Source of the DNA: Narcine bancroftii
Taxonomy: Eukaryota
DNA: 64,000 nucleotides
Assembly (NCBI RefSeq): GCF_036971445.1
Contig: NC_091473.1
Location: 210,924,001 to 210,988,000, forward strand
Direction: 5' to 3'
Shown: one piece after another, positions 22,391 through 35,797 of the stretch
Layout: each line of letters opens with the position of its first letter
Position numbering within the stretch: position 1 is the stretch's first letter
Notes under the pieces: generated by a model
The model's database searches: none
Told to the model about the DNA's origin: nothing
The model's input: the letters and a program-made list of their open reading frames with translations, nothing else
Position numbers and translations under genes: made by a program

Positions 22391-22761
22391 TCAGGCGCGT
22401 CCCCGCGGATGCGACGGGCCAGCTGAATGTTTTTGGACATGATGGTGATGCGCTTGGCGTGGATGGCGCACAGGTTGGTGTCCTCGAAGAGCCCCACCAG
22501 GTAAGCCTCGCTCGCCTTCTGCAGGGCCATGACGGCCGAGCTCTGGAAGCGATCTCCCGCACCAGGCGTTGGAAGGGCAGTTTGCGGATCAACAGCTCGG
22601 TGGATTTCTGGTAGCGCCGGATCTCCTTCAGAGCCACGGTGCAAGGTCGGTAGCGATGAGGCTTCTTCACTCCGCCCGTGGCCGGAGCGCTCGGTGGCCA
22701 GCTCTTTACGAAGAACTTTCCCGCCAATGGATTTGTGCGCCATCTGCTTGGTCTGAGCCAT
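22391..22761 (-). pseudogene. H3: Histone H3 pseudogene (arm A)
   Basis: [11 protein letters not shown]..; frameshifting deletions at the KAARK region and at AQDFKTDL; stem-loop degraded to GGCTCTTTTCCAACCC. Confidence 0.95.
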
Positions 22762-23542
22762 TTCGCTTCAACAATGCGATCACAATCTGAGACATGAGGA
22801 CTGGAATATGAACCTGGCTCAGGCTCCGACTTGTAAAGTTGGTGAAGATCCGCCCCACCGCTCTGAATGGCTGGAGCAGGGATGGCAATCATCGTGTTCC
22901 AGGGTTGTGATTGGCTCCATCATCATATGACTCAGGAGCCGTTTCAGATCTGCAGCGGCGGGAGGAATATTGTCTTTGACCGAGACGTGACTTGTAGCGG
23001 ATCTTTAACCAATAGAAAGAGAAATGAAACAGGCTACCGTGCGATTGGTTGTAGTTTATTTTCAAATCGCCGGCCAATTTTGGACAAAAATTTGATGGAA
23101 AAGCGGTTCTCTCTAATTATTATTAATATAATCATATCAAATTTATTTTACATATTAATGAATTTTCTCATTCCACCAGTATGGCTGATGGACTAAACCG
23201 CAGCTGAACCCAAGGAGATTCAACTCTGCCGGAAACTGGAGAACAGCGACTGTTCCCGGGAGGGAATTTCCAGTCCGTTTTAGCGACACCACATTAAAGA
23301 GTTGTTCGGTCAGAGAGCAGAGATCGCCTCGAGGAAACTTCGGCTAGAGATCACCCCTCATTCTTTACATCCATCGACATGTCCTTTCCTCATCATGAAT
23401 CATTGTGGTTGGATTCGAAATGCACAATGAAAGAATTTCTAGACCACAATATTTTCATCTCAATCCGTGCCCGTTGTAGCAGCTCCCTCTGTGAGGCATT
23501 GGGCGGCCTTTGTTTTGTTGTGTGTAGAAAGGACAGAGTTCT

Positions 23543-23829
<287 letters not shown>

Positions 23830-24824
23830 AATTCCATTTGTTGAAATTGCTGATCAATGACAGCTCCTCTACTGCTGACCCCTTTTATACACAGCGCCCC
23901 GACCTGGCTGAGGACGCGCAGTGAAGGGGAGGGGAGGAGACAGAGTCAGAGTGACAGACAGAGCAGAGAGCGGCCTCTCATCTTCCGCCCCGGCCCCGGA
24001 AATCGCTAATTTCCAAACGTTATTAGCAGAACAGAAACAGCGACCGCGAACAACACACACGGGGTTACATTTTTTCCGATTTTCTGAAATACGAAATCTT
24101 TAAATAAGCACCGTGATATTCCCGCTGAAGCTCTGCCCCTTCGTTAACATAGGAAGGAGTCAAGGGTACATTAGAATTAGGAGCAGGATACTGCTCGGCT
24201 TTCAATAAGAGACTTGATCTGGACTTGGACTCGGCACCATTTCCCGTAACACTTAATCCTCTCTTCAGCAATCTCTGACTCTTGGAAGCATTTAATGAGG
24301 TAGCTTCACTGGGCAGAGAATTCTGCTGATTCACTTCCCTCAGGGATAAGGCATTTCCTCATCTCCATCTCAAATCTACTCCCCGGATCGTCACTACGTG
24401 CCTCCCAGATCCCATCTCCTTCCGTTTCACCCCCAAAGCCTGTCTCGTCCCCACACCTCCGCTCCTCGGTGAACAATCACCTTAACACGGCTGATATGGG
24501 AAGCCTCCCTGATTTGGCTGCAGACTCTGAAGCAGAATTCTCCCTCTTTGTCCCCGTCTCACTCTCCCCCAGAATCTGACTGAAGGAATTGTTGATGAAC
24601 GGAGACAGACGCCGATCACATCCCCAGACCGAGTGAGGCTGGTCCCGGACATCCCGTTCTCGGGGTTTTGTTTGGACACTGGGGACCGGGCGGGTGCAGA
24701 GAATGTGGTGGAGTTACCGGGGATGGCGGGGCTTCGCGTGAATGATGCCCCGCTGGAATGTGAACGCGGTGCCGGGACAGGAGTGACGTGACTGGGGTGC
24801 AGCTCTTCACTGAGGGATGTGAGT

Positions 24825-24840
24825 GGCTCTGAGAAGAGCC
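24825..24840 (-). terminator. Histone 3' stem-loop (H1 pseudogene)
   Basis: GGCTCTTCTCAGAGCC with downstream GAAGAGCTG. Confidence 0.9.
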
Positions 24841-24875
24841 GTTGGGGTCAGGAGTTATACGTTGAGCTTTTTCTT

Positions 24876-25142
24876 TCACTTCTTGGCCGCTGCCTTGAGT
24901 TTAGATTTCGGCCGGGCCCTGGATTTTCCAACCTTTTTGGTACCTTCACCTTGGTGACTTTGGCCTTCGAGGGACTCTTGATCTTCTTCGGGGTCGCCTT
25001 TTTAGCCGCTGGTTTCATGGTGCTGTGTTTCTTGCTGGGAGATTTCTTGGCGGGAGATTTCTTGGTGACTGATCTTTTGGCCGAAGATTTGGGCACCGGG
25101 AGCGGCAAGAGGAGAAGCTTCGGCCGTTGAGGTCTCGGTTAT
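24876..25142 (-). pseudogene. H1: Histone H1 pseudogene (arm A), globular domain deleted
   Basis: ATG changed to ATA; TETSTAEASP N-tail joined directly to the K/SPKK-rich tail by a ~350 bp deletion relative to 54506-55152. Confidence 0.92.
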
Positions 25143-25689
25143 GTTGGTGACTCTGTACGAATTCTTTCCGAGCCTGAGACCTGAGTGAGAAATGAAACGG
25201 GAGTCGGCAGCACAGAGCAACTTAAAGGCAGCGAGTGGACGGGGCGGGGAAATCTTGTCATTTTTTTTACTGGCGGGGCCGGCATCCTGCGCTGTGATCG
25301 GATTCACAAACACAGTGACTCCAGTCAAAGACACCGCCCCTTGAACACAGTCTCTCTGACACAATGTTCCCCTCTGCACCTTCACAGAACAAACTATAGA
25401 CGGGAGCACATTTCCCAGCACTCATCTGAGCTGCGGATTCTCGGGAGTTTCTTATGGTTTCCCAACTCAGACACTTAAATTCTATCCTCTCTGTCCTTCC
25501 CCATCTCTGAGACAGAGCGCTCGGTCGTAATTCGAGGCCTCACCTTCGTTCCCCTTCCGCTCACACCTCAATGAGTTCCGTTCCGTGCACAATCCCGAAC
25601 TCTCTTTTGTCTTCTCAGCCTCTGGCATTACTTCCAAGACCGTGACTCCACCCACCGCCGCCCCCACCCCCTTACCCCAACTAAGACCC

Positions 25690-27060
25690 TTTCTCCTGCT
25701 TCCTCCTGGGCACCGCGCCCTGACCAGCTGCTTGTTCTAGACCTTTTCATTTCCAACTGCTACCAGACATCACGCATCTCAGGTTTTCCACTCCCCCTCT
25801 TGTATTCTAATCTCATCTCCTCAGAACGATCTGCTCTCCCCTCTCCGCAACAATCCCAACCTCACCATGAAACCCACAGACCATTGTGGTGCAGTTGTGG
25901 TTTGGCCTCTGACCTCTATGTTGCTGAGGCAAGTCGATAGCTCCCAGACACATCCTCCTATGGACCCCTCCCACAGGATCCCACCAAACCACTGTCTCCA
26001 ATACAATCTCCAACCTCACCATCTCTGGTCACCTCCTTCCACCCCCCCCCCCCCATGTCCACCAACCTTATTCTCTCTCACCCATTTCTACCTTCTACCC
26101 AAGTTACACAAACCCAAGCATCTGTGTAGACCCATGACATGCTCTTGCACTATCAAACTAGATTAATTTTACCTTGACTCTATCAATGACTTCAGGTTCC
26201 TCAGACCGATCCACTTCATCTTCATGATGGATGTCCTATCCATTTATATCTCCATCCCCCACACAGAAGGTCTGAAAGTACTTTGCTTCTTCCTGGACTA
26301 AAGACCCAACCAGTCACCTTCTACCACCACCCTCCTCTTCCTGGTAGAACTTGTCCTAACTCTAAATAACTTCTCCTTTAACTCATCTCACATCATCCAA
26401 ATTAAATAAGTAGCCATGTGGTACCTGTATGGTCCCAGTTACGCCTGTTTGTTTGTGGGCTTTGTGGAGCAATCCATGCTACAAGCCTACACAGGCAAGA
26501 ACTCCTCAACTCATCTTCTGGTGTAATGACAACTACACTGGGGCTGCCTCATGTACCCACAATGAGGTTGTCAACTTCACCCTCTTCATGGCAAACTTCC
26601 ATCTCAATCTCAAACTCACCTTGTCCATCTCTGACCATGTTCTCCACTTCCTGGATCTCTCTGTCTCCATCTCAGGAGACAAGCTTTCCACATATATTAC
26701 AAACCTTATAACTCCCACAACTACACCTCCTCACACCCTGTTCCCTGCTAGGATTCCATCCACTTCTCTCAATTTCTCCATCTCCACTGCATCTGTACTC
26801 ACGATGAGCCCTTCCAGCCAGATGTTCTGAAATGTCTGACTTTTTCCACGAACATATCTTCCCCTCCACCACTATCAACTCATCCCTCACCTGCATCTCC
26901 TCCATTTTCCATTTATCTACCCTTGCCCCCTCTGCCCCAGACACCACAAACATCGAATCTCCCTCATCCTCACCTACCACTCCACCAGCGTCCGCATCCA
27001 ACATATTATCTGCTGGAATTTCTGGCACTTACTATAGGATCCCCCACCAGACTCATATTT
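25690..27060 (+). mobile_element. Penelope-like element RT, decayed
   Basis: KPTDHCGAVVV, FYLLPKLHKP, MDVLSIYISIPH, LNNFSFN, GPSYACLFVG, FLDLSVSI motifs. Confidence 0.85.
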
Positions 27061-27087
27061 TTCTTCTCCTCTCATTCTCATTGCCCT

Positions 27088-27245
27088 ATGCCAATAACAG
27101 ATTGGAAGCAGAGAGGATTGTCATTGGTGATGTATTTTGCGGTGACACATTCTGGTTGGATACCCAAGTGAACAAATCAGTGTCTTACTCTGCCAATCAA
27201 AAGACACTTTCTCTGTCTGGGTCACTGTGAACGGGGAATTGGAGT
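27088..27245 (-). promoter_or_regulatory. Orphan H2B promoter fragment (third copy)
   Basis: Homologous to the reverse complement of ~19825-19982 and to ~60026-60185, with CCAAT boxes; no H2B CDS adjacent. Confidence 0.8.
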
Positions 27246-27441
27246 GGGGGATGAGGACAACCAGTGGTGTGAAGGGTGAGGAATGTCCACAATGAATGAA
27301 GCAAGACCTGAGAGTGTAATTTCCTTGCTCAGAAAATTTTTGAAACCCATTTTCAGGGATGGAGTAAACCTTCATCTGGAAAGGCAGAGATGAATCAGAG
27401 TGGGGTCATGGTTGAATTTCTTGAGATGGAGAGCTGGACAG

Positions 27442-29075
27442 TGTTGCAGAGTCGAGAGGACCCCAAAAACAAGCTATAATTGATATGCACTACAATATAG
27501 GGTTATTTAAGCAAAAGTAGTTTTTAATTATATTTGAACAAGAAAACAGAAATAGCTTTATTACTTAACCTACTTAATCCCCCTTCTAATTCTAAGCACA
27601 GATGTGTGTAATGTATATTTAAGATTAGAAAAGTTCTTTGGATCACAGTCCAATCTCTCTGATTGCAGGCAATTCTTGGACTGTGCACAGAAGTTAGCAT
27701 TAACAAAGTTCACCAGTCTTTGGTGCTTAACAGGCAAATGGTTACCACTGAGGAGGGTACTTGCTGGTTTTCAGAAAGAGAATCCTTTCGTTCCAGGACA
27801 TCCTCGCCTGATTTCTTTCCAATCAATCTTGCTGATGAAACTTGCCCACTTCAGGGTTCTCCAGATGATCCTCTTTCTTTTGGGTCACCTCAGACAGCTA
27901 GCTTTCTCCTTTGACCAGACAGCCTTCCAAAAGTTTGCCACCTTTGTCTTTCTGGAACTGATTTCTGTGTCTCTCCTCTCTGTTTCACTCCCTCTTTGAG
28001 AGCAAAAGTGTTCTGAATCTGCCTGTAAAAATCACATGCTCTCGTGCCAGATGTATTCTGCAACATTGTGGCTCTTTCTGCAAAAGTCCTGCAAAAATTG
28101 TTTTGAAATGTGTGTGTGCAAGCTGCTCTTGCAATTCCTCCTAAGCCACCTCTAAATACTCTGTCACACCTTCCCCCATTAAAGGGAATTTTAACACTTG
28201 AGTTAAAATTCAGTTATAACCAAACTGTCTTAAAATTACTAAAGAGATAACAATACACAATATATAGCTCTCCACTGGCCACCGAGACAGAGGTGCACCG
28301 AAGAAGAGGTACAAGGACTGCCTAAAGAAAGCTCTTGGTGCCTGCCACATTGACCATCGCCAGTGGGCTGATATCGCCTCAAACCATGCATCTTGGCACC
28401 TCACAGTTCGGCAGGCAGCAACCTCCTTTGAAGAAGACTGCAGAGCCCACCTCACTGTCAAAAAACAAAGGAGGAAAAACCCAACACCCAACCCCAACCA
28501 ACCAATTTTCCCTTGCAACCGCTGCAACCGTGTCTGCCTGTCCCGCATTGGACTTGTCAGCCACAAACGAGCCTGCAGCTGACGTGGACATTGCCCCTCC
28601 ATAAATCTTTGTCCGCGAAGCCAAGTCAAAGAAGAATACAGTAATTCAATTTTGAAAGTATTTTAAAACTCGACCAATTTTAACATCTTGACAATCAATC
28701 AGCAATCACATTATTTACACCTCTGATGTGGTTAATTTGCATATCATATTCTTGTAATATCAAACTCCAGTTTAATAATCTTCTGTTTTTATTCAAAAAC
28801 ACCAGAGGATTGTGGTCAGTATATATAACAATTGGTTCATGAGATGTATCAAAATATATGTGAAAATTCTGCAGAGCAAATATGATAGCCAACAGTTCTT
28901 TTTCAATAGTGGAATAGTTCTTTTGATGAACATTTGATTTTTTTGAAAAGTAGACAACTGGATAGTCAGTTTAATTATGCTTTTGCAATAAAACTGCACC
29001 TGCTGTTCCCCAACTGGCATCCACTGCTACAGAAAATGGTCTGTCAAAGTCAGGAGATTTTAACACATGGCAATG
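27442..29075 (-). mobile_element. Gmr1-like Gypsy element 3' end: RNase H, PPT, 3' LTR (27442-28168)
   Basis: YTDHNPLVFL..LLNWSLILQEYD..IRGVNNVIAD.LSR then stop, short UTR, PPT GGGGGAAGG, TGTGACAGA LTR start; no integrase after RNase H. Confidence 0.8.
28266..28635 (+). mobile_element. RTE-clade LINE 3' end
   Basis: LSTGHRDRGAPKKRYKDCLK...CNRCNRVCLSRIGLVSHKRAC*, short UTR ending in (GAA)n. Confidence 0.8.
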
Positions 29076-29124
29076 GCTTACCCTACTACCCACCTTTGTG
29101 TTGTCTGCAATTTCTTATGTTATT

Positions 29125-32100
29125 CCCACATCTAAGTCGCTGATATACATTGTAAACAACTGTGGCCCCAGCACGGATTCCTGCTGTATCCCACTAGTCA
29201 CTGGCTGCCATTCTGAAAAGAATCCATTTATGCCTTCTCTGCTTCCAGTCCATCAACCAATTCTCTATCGACCTTAATACCGTACCTTCTATACCATGCT
29301 TTTTAAGTTTGTACGCTACTCTTCTGTGCTGAACCTTATCAAATGCCTTACTAAAGTCCAGATATACCACATTCACTGATTCCCCCCTATCCACTCTACT
29401 GGTTACATCCTCAAAAAATTCTATAAGATTTGTCAGACGTGATTTTCCCTTCACAAAACCATGCTGACTCTGTTCTATGATACCACTACTCTCCAAATAA
29501 CTGTGATTGCCTTTTTAATAACTGATTCTAGCACCTTCCCTACTATCAATGTCAGGCTAACTGGTCTGTAGTTTCCTAGTTTCTCTTTCCCTCCCTTCTT
29601 AAAGAGTGGGGTTACATTGGCCACCCTCCAATCCTCAGGAACGAATCCAGTGTCAAAGGAGGTTTGAAAAATTATCACTAATGCATCCACTATTTCCTGG
29701 GCTACTTCCTTCAGCACTCTTAGATGCAGACCATCTGGTCCTGGGGATTTATCCACCTTTAATCCCTGCAATTTAACTAATACAACCTCTCAACTTACAA
29801 TTATACCCTCCCTCACATTAGGTCTCCTATCCTCAACAATTTCCTGAAGATTAGTTATGTCCTCCTTGGTGAAAACAGAACTAAAGTCATATATAACCAT
29901 ATAACCACTTACAGCACAGAACAGGCCAGTTCGGGACTAGTAGTCCATGCCGTAACAAATCCCCACCCTCCTAGTCCCACTGACCAGCACCCAGTCCATA
30001 CCTCTCCAATCCTCTCCTATCCATGTAACTATCTAGTCTTTCCTTAAATGTAACCAATGATCCCGCCTCGACCACGTCTGTCAGAAACTCATTCCACATC
30101 CCCACCACCATTTGCGTAAAGAAATTTCCCCTCATGTTCCCCTTATAATTTTCCCCCTTCAATCTTAAACCATGCCCTCTAGTTTGAATCTTCCCCACTC
30201 TTAATTGAAAAAGCCTATCCACGTTTACTCTGTCTGTCCCTTTTAAAATCTTAAACACCTCTATCAAGTCCCCTCTCAATCTTCTACGCTCCAGAGAAAA
30301 AAGCCTCAGTCTGCACAACCTTTCCCTGTAACTCAAACCTTGAAATCCTGTCAACATTCTCGTGAACCTTCTCTGCACTCTCTCTATTTTGTTTATATCT
30401 TTCCTATAATTTGGTGACCAAAACTGTTCACAAGTACTCCAAATTTGGCCTCACCAATGCCTTGTACAATTTCATCATAACCTCCCTACTCTTGAATTCA
30501 ATACTCCGATTTATGAAGGCCAACATTCCAAATGCCTTCTTCACCACACCATCTACCTGAGTATCAGCCTTGAGGGTACTATTTACCACAACTCCTAAAT
30601 CCCTTTGTTGCTCTGCACATCTTAATAGCCTACCATTTAATGCATATGACCTATTTAGATTTGCCTTTCCAAAATGTAACACCTCACACTTATCTGTATT
30701 AAATTCCATCAGCCATTTCTCAGCCCACACCTCCAGCCTTCCTAAATCACCTTTTAATCTACAGTAATCTTCCTCACTGTCCACAACACCACCAATCTTT
30801 GTATCATCTGCAAACTTGCTTATCCAATTCTCCACCCCTACTTCCAGATCGTTAATATATATAACAAACAATAGTGGACCCATGACCAATCCCTGAGGAA
30901 CTCCACTAGACACCGGCCTCCAATTGGACAAACAATTTTCTACCACTACTCTCTGACACCTCCCATCCAACCATTGCTGAATCCATTTCACTACCTCCTC
31001 ATTTATACCTAATGCCTCCACCTTTTTTCCTAACCTCCTGTGGGGAACTTTGTCAAAAGCTTTACTAAAGTCTAAATAGACAACATCCACAGCTTTCCCT
31101 TCATCAACCTTTTTTGTAACCCCCTTGAAAAACTCAATCAGGTTTGTCAAGCATGATCTACCCCTGACAAAACCATGCTGATTACTCCCTAGCAATCCCT
31201 GTACCTCCAAATAATTGTAAATACCATCCCTCAGAACACTTTCCATCAACTTGCCCACCACAGACGTCAGACTCACGGGCCTATAATTCCCAGGTTTACA
31301 TTTAGACCCTTTCTTAAACAGCGGAACCACATGCGCCACCCTCCAATCCTTTGGCACTACCCCCGTGGCCAGTGACATCCTAAATATCTCTGTTAATGGC
31401 CCCACTATCTGTCCACTAGCCCTCCTGAGTGTCCTTGGGAATATTTTGTCCGGTTCCGGAGATTTATCCACCTTTATCTTTTTCAACACAGCCATCACTA
31501 CCTCCTCGGTTATCCTTATATGCTTCATTACCTCCCCATTATTTTTCTTTACCTCAACTGGTTCAATATTTTTTTTCCCTAGCGAATACCGAGGCAAAGA
31601 AATCATTCAAAATTTCCCTCATTTCCTCTGACTTCTCACTCAGCCTACCCTCACTATCTACAAGGGGTCCAATTTTATCCCTCACTCATCTTTTACTTTT
31701 AATGTACTTATAGAAACCCTTTTTGGATTTATTTTTACTCTGTCTGCCAAAGCCTCTTCGTGCCTTTTTTTGGCCTTTCTAATTTCTTTTTTAAGATTCC
31801 TTCTACACTCCTTGTAGTCCTCCTTCAAATTGTCAGCTCTCTGTTCTTTATACCCCTTGTACACCTCCCTTTTTCTCCTAACCAAATTTCCAATATTCCT
31901 CGAAAACCAAGCCTCCCTATGACTTCCAGCCTTTCCTTTGATCCTCACTGGGACATAACTACTCTGTACCCTCAAAATTTCTTTTTTGAATATCCTTCAT
32001 TTCTCATTTATACCCTCACCTGAAAATATCCTGTCCCTTCCTCCCCAAATCCCTTCGAAATTTGCTCTTCTCCAATCCAGAACCTCAACTTTAGGCCCCT

Positions 32101-33528
32101 CCTTGCTCTTCCCTAAAACTACCTTAAAACTAACAGAATTATGATCACTAGACCCAATTGGATCTCCAACATTAATATCTGATACCTGACCTAGCTTGTT
32201 CCCTAACAGGAGATCCAGTATTACACAGTCCCGAGTCGGTTCTTCTACTGATTGAACACATTTAATGAACTCTAGCCCAACCAGGCCTCTAACTGTATGG
32301 GTAATTCAGACAGTCTGCATACCTTTGTGCCCCATGATTAACTCACCTGTTTCTGTCCGCAATGGGCCCACATTTGTCTTAACCAACATCCTTCTCTTAA
32401 CATATCTATAAAAACTCTTATAATAATTTTTTATGTTCCCTGCCAGCTTTCTCTCATAATCTTGTTTACCTTTCCTTATTAATCCTTTTGTCTTTTTCTG
32501 CAGAACTCTGAATTTCTCCTAATCATCAGGAATATTTTTTTTGTGGCTAATTTATATGCTGCTTCTTTGGATTTGATACTCTCACTGATTTTCCTTGTTA
32601 GCCATGGATGCTCTACCTTCCTTGATTTATTCTTTTTACAAACTGGGATGTATATCTATTATACTTGCTCCAATCTATCCTTAAACAATTGCCATTGCAT
32701 TTCTACTGTAGTCCTTTAAGTACCATATGCCAATCAATTTTAGCCAATTGACATCTCATACCATCAAAGTTGCCCCTCTTCAAGTTCAGAAACTTTGTAT
32801 CTGAATCAACTCTGTCAGATTCCATTATAATGAAGAATTCTACCATATTATGGTCACTCTTGCCCAAGGGGTTCTTCACTACAAGATTGTTAATTAACCC
32901 TTCTTCATTACTCAGTACCCAGTCTAGAATTGCTTGTTCCCACGTTGGTTCCTCGACTTGCTGATTTGGAAAACAATCCCGCATGCATTCTAAGAAATCC
33001 TCTTCCTCCAGTTTGGTTCACCCAGTCTACATGTAGATTAAAGTCACCCATTATAACTGCAGTCCCTTTGTTGCATCCATTACCAATTTCCTGTTCAATG
33101 CCATCCCTAACCTCACTGCTAGTGTAAGGTAGCGTCTTGTGCCTCTTTGTTTTTCGCAGCTCTACCTACATTGATATCACATCTTCCAAGCTAATGTCCT
33201 TCCTTTCTATCACATTCACCTCTTCCCTAACCAACAACGCTACTCCACCTCCTTTAATGTTCTGTCTATGCCTCCTGAATGTCAAGTAACCCTGAATGTT
33301 GAGCTCCCAGTCACAGCCCCCTTGTGATGCCAATTATATCATAGTCATTAATAGCTATCTCCATATTCAATTCATCGACTTTTTTCAAATGCTCCTTGCA
33401 TTCAGACCTTGCATTCAGACTTACTTTACCCATATTCTATCCCATTTGCCATTATGTAAATAAGTATCTCTTTTTGACTTTCGCCTTGGTCTTACCTGCC
33501 TGCTGCTATTGCCTTTCACCTTGCTATC
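29125..33528 (-). mobile_element. Older CR1 LINE ORF2 fragment (EN-RT), interrupted by a second CR1
   Basis: ORFs 32703..32984 (ILDWVLSN..LGKSDH), 29475..29771 (KSPGPDG..NYRPVSL), 29194..29496 (QHGF..YLDFSKAFD). Confidence 0.88.
29888..32305 (-). mobile_element. Younger CR1 LINE, 5'-truncated
   Basis: ORF 30428..31606 RT with GVPQG and FADD; ORF 29971..30378 C-terminus; 3' tail (ATGGTTAT)n. Confidence 0.92.
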
Positions 33529-34282
33529 TGTCCTGGTAAACTTGTACCTCTCATTTTGTTCATTTTATATTGGTCACAGTGTTTGAGCTATTGAAAGAAA
33601 ACAGAGACACACGCTGAGAGCACTTCAGTTTATACATATCTTTATTACTAAATCTAAAGCTGATTTCAAACTACAATATGCAAGCCCTTCCCAATTATAC
33701 TTATCAATGCCTGGACTGGTCCCAACTGCTGAAGCGAGGCAACGACCGCACATTTGTAGTAGGTTGTCGGGGCGCTGGTAGCAGCTTCTTCACCTCCCCC
33801 GACCAGGACATTGATTGGACTCTAGAAGTTCTTCTTCTTGCTGAGAGATGTTTCCACCCCTCAGAGAGTCTGTAACTTCAGCAGTGGGACCATGGCTTAT
33901 ATCACCCAAAAATTGCTGACTCAAGCACTTGCGCAAAAAAAAGATAACCGAGCACGCCTCGGCTTCTATCAAATACCACAACTTTCTAGCTTATCACTTT
34001 GAATACACTGGTTTACTTCGCTTCGAGGTCTCACCTGACAGTCTGCGACCAATAATCCCATCAATCTCAAATAGCAACCGGCTAACAAGCAGGAAGATTA
34101 AACGTTCTTGGTGCCAGATGTCTTTTTGTCAGATAACTGCATCTCTGGGCCCCATGGTGGAATTTAGCTTATGTCTGCTGCTTCTTACATTATTCTCAAA
34201 GTAGGTTACTGATACTCAGCCTTGCATAAGCAAAAGCATGGTCTAAATCCTCCATTACATTCCACCCCTTGGTGGCAGTCTG

Positions 34283-35797
34283 TCACTTACGAGACCTAAC
34301 AAGAATTCGAGTACAGAAGGAGCAAATATGAGAAACCAAAACTACAATAATTACAAAAATAAGCAATAATGCGAGCAACCAACGGAGAATAGTGTGGCCC
34401 AATCCTCCAAATGTACCAGTTAACCATGAAAAAGGATTCCAACCAAGGCTCAAACTATCCTTGTGGGCCACATTACCCAGACGCTGAAGCTCACAAATAG
34501 ATTTTGAAATATGCCGAACAATATCAGAAATATTAGTGGATACATCAGGAACATACGAGCAACATTCAGAACCGACAACGGAACATGTGCCACCCTGTTT
34601 TGCTAAAAGAAAATCCAGGGCCATACGATTCTGTAAAGCCACTGTCCTGACGGCAGAGAGTTCGTGATTAAGGTCATTAAGGCCCTGACTGACAGACAAA
34701 AGGGCAAAGGATGTCTCATTGGCAATAGAGCTCATTCGATCATATAATTTGTGAACCTCTTGGGAAACGTGAATAACGCCATAACCTGGGATCAAGGCAC
34801 CAAAGAAATTCTCGACACCTGAGAGGGCATGTCTATACCGAAGGACAGAGAACATACGCATAAGCGAGGGATGATCCTGTAAATGGGAAATATGATGCAG
34901 GTAGGGGATGGCGTATGCCAAATAGCAGCAAGCACCCCAAGTAAGGGCTAGCCATGTAAAGGCGCAAGACCCACAAACCCAATAGGTCCTGTTCATAGGG
35001 TGCTTGGAAATGAAAGGGGAATATGCCAGACAATCACTGTATGCCTGTCAGGGAACTTACAAAAGCAGACAGAGCCCTTCATATGTTGAGAAACAATAAA
35101 ATAGGGGGGTGTCATATAATGGGGGTAGGAATATGCCTTCCTTGAAATATATCCAAAATGTCACGTAGACTAAAGAACTGGGCCTCCTCAGGCACAGACT
35201 TATTACCATCCATGTGAACCCTGCCTTTGGAGGGATCAAAATATTTCCAGACAGCAACTTCCTTTTGGGTGAAAGGAATGGGGATCATGGGAATGCCTAT
35301 ACCGGTATGCAAAGGGCCTACAGTACAAATCCAACAATCAGAAACATTCAGTCGGTGAGCGTACGCATAAGAAGCATGGAGAATGGAATTGTTGGACAAA
35401 TCTGAAGGAATATTTGATGTGAAGCAGGCCACCAACTCCCCCACAGAACCGGAATCCTCCCACCACTTAGTGACAGGTGGTGCAGAGTTATCACAAGATA
35501 TAAAGCAGATACAAAAATGCCCGTCACAGAAGTAGGGGGCGACTACTTCAGTTGGTCCATCCACAAACAGAATATAGGAACCGTGACCGGCAATAACATA
35601 TATAAGCTGCACTTGAGGCGGGTGACTGAGGACTTCTTTGGTGTAATGCATTGGGCCGTGTCCCCCACGGGCAACTCCCTCGGAACCTCTTCGACATTAC
35701 AAATCCAATTGCTGGCACCAAAGCAGCTGTTAAGCCAGATCAGCAGGAGCGCAAGACGGAGGACCTGGAACAAAGAAACCTGACATATGTCACTCAC
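34283..35797 (-). pseudogene. env: Gamma-type env, frameshifted
   Basis: Signal peptide; SU CWIC; TM immunosuppressive domain LQNRMALDFLLAKQGGTC; CX6CC; hydrophobic anchor. Confidence 0.92.
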
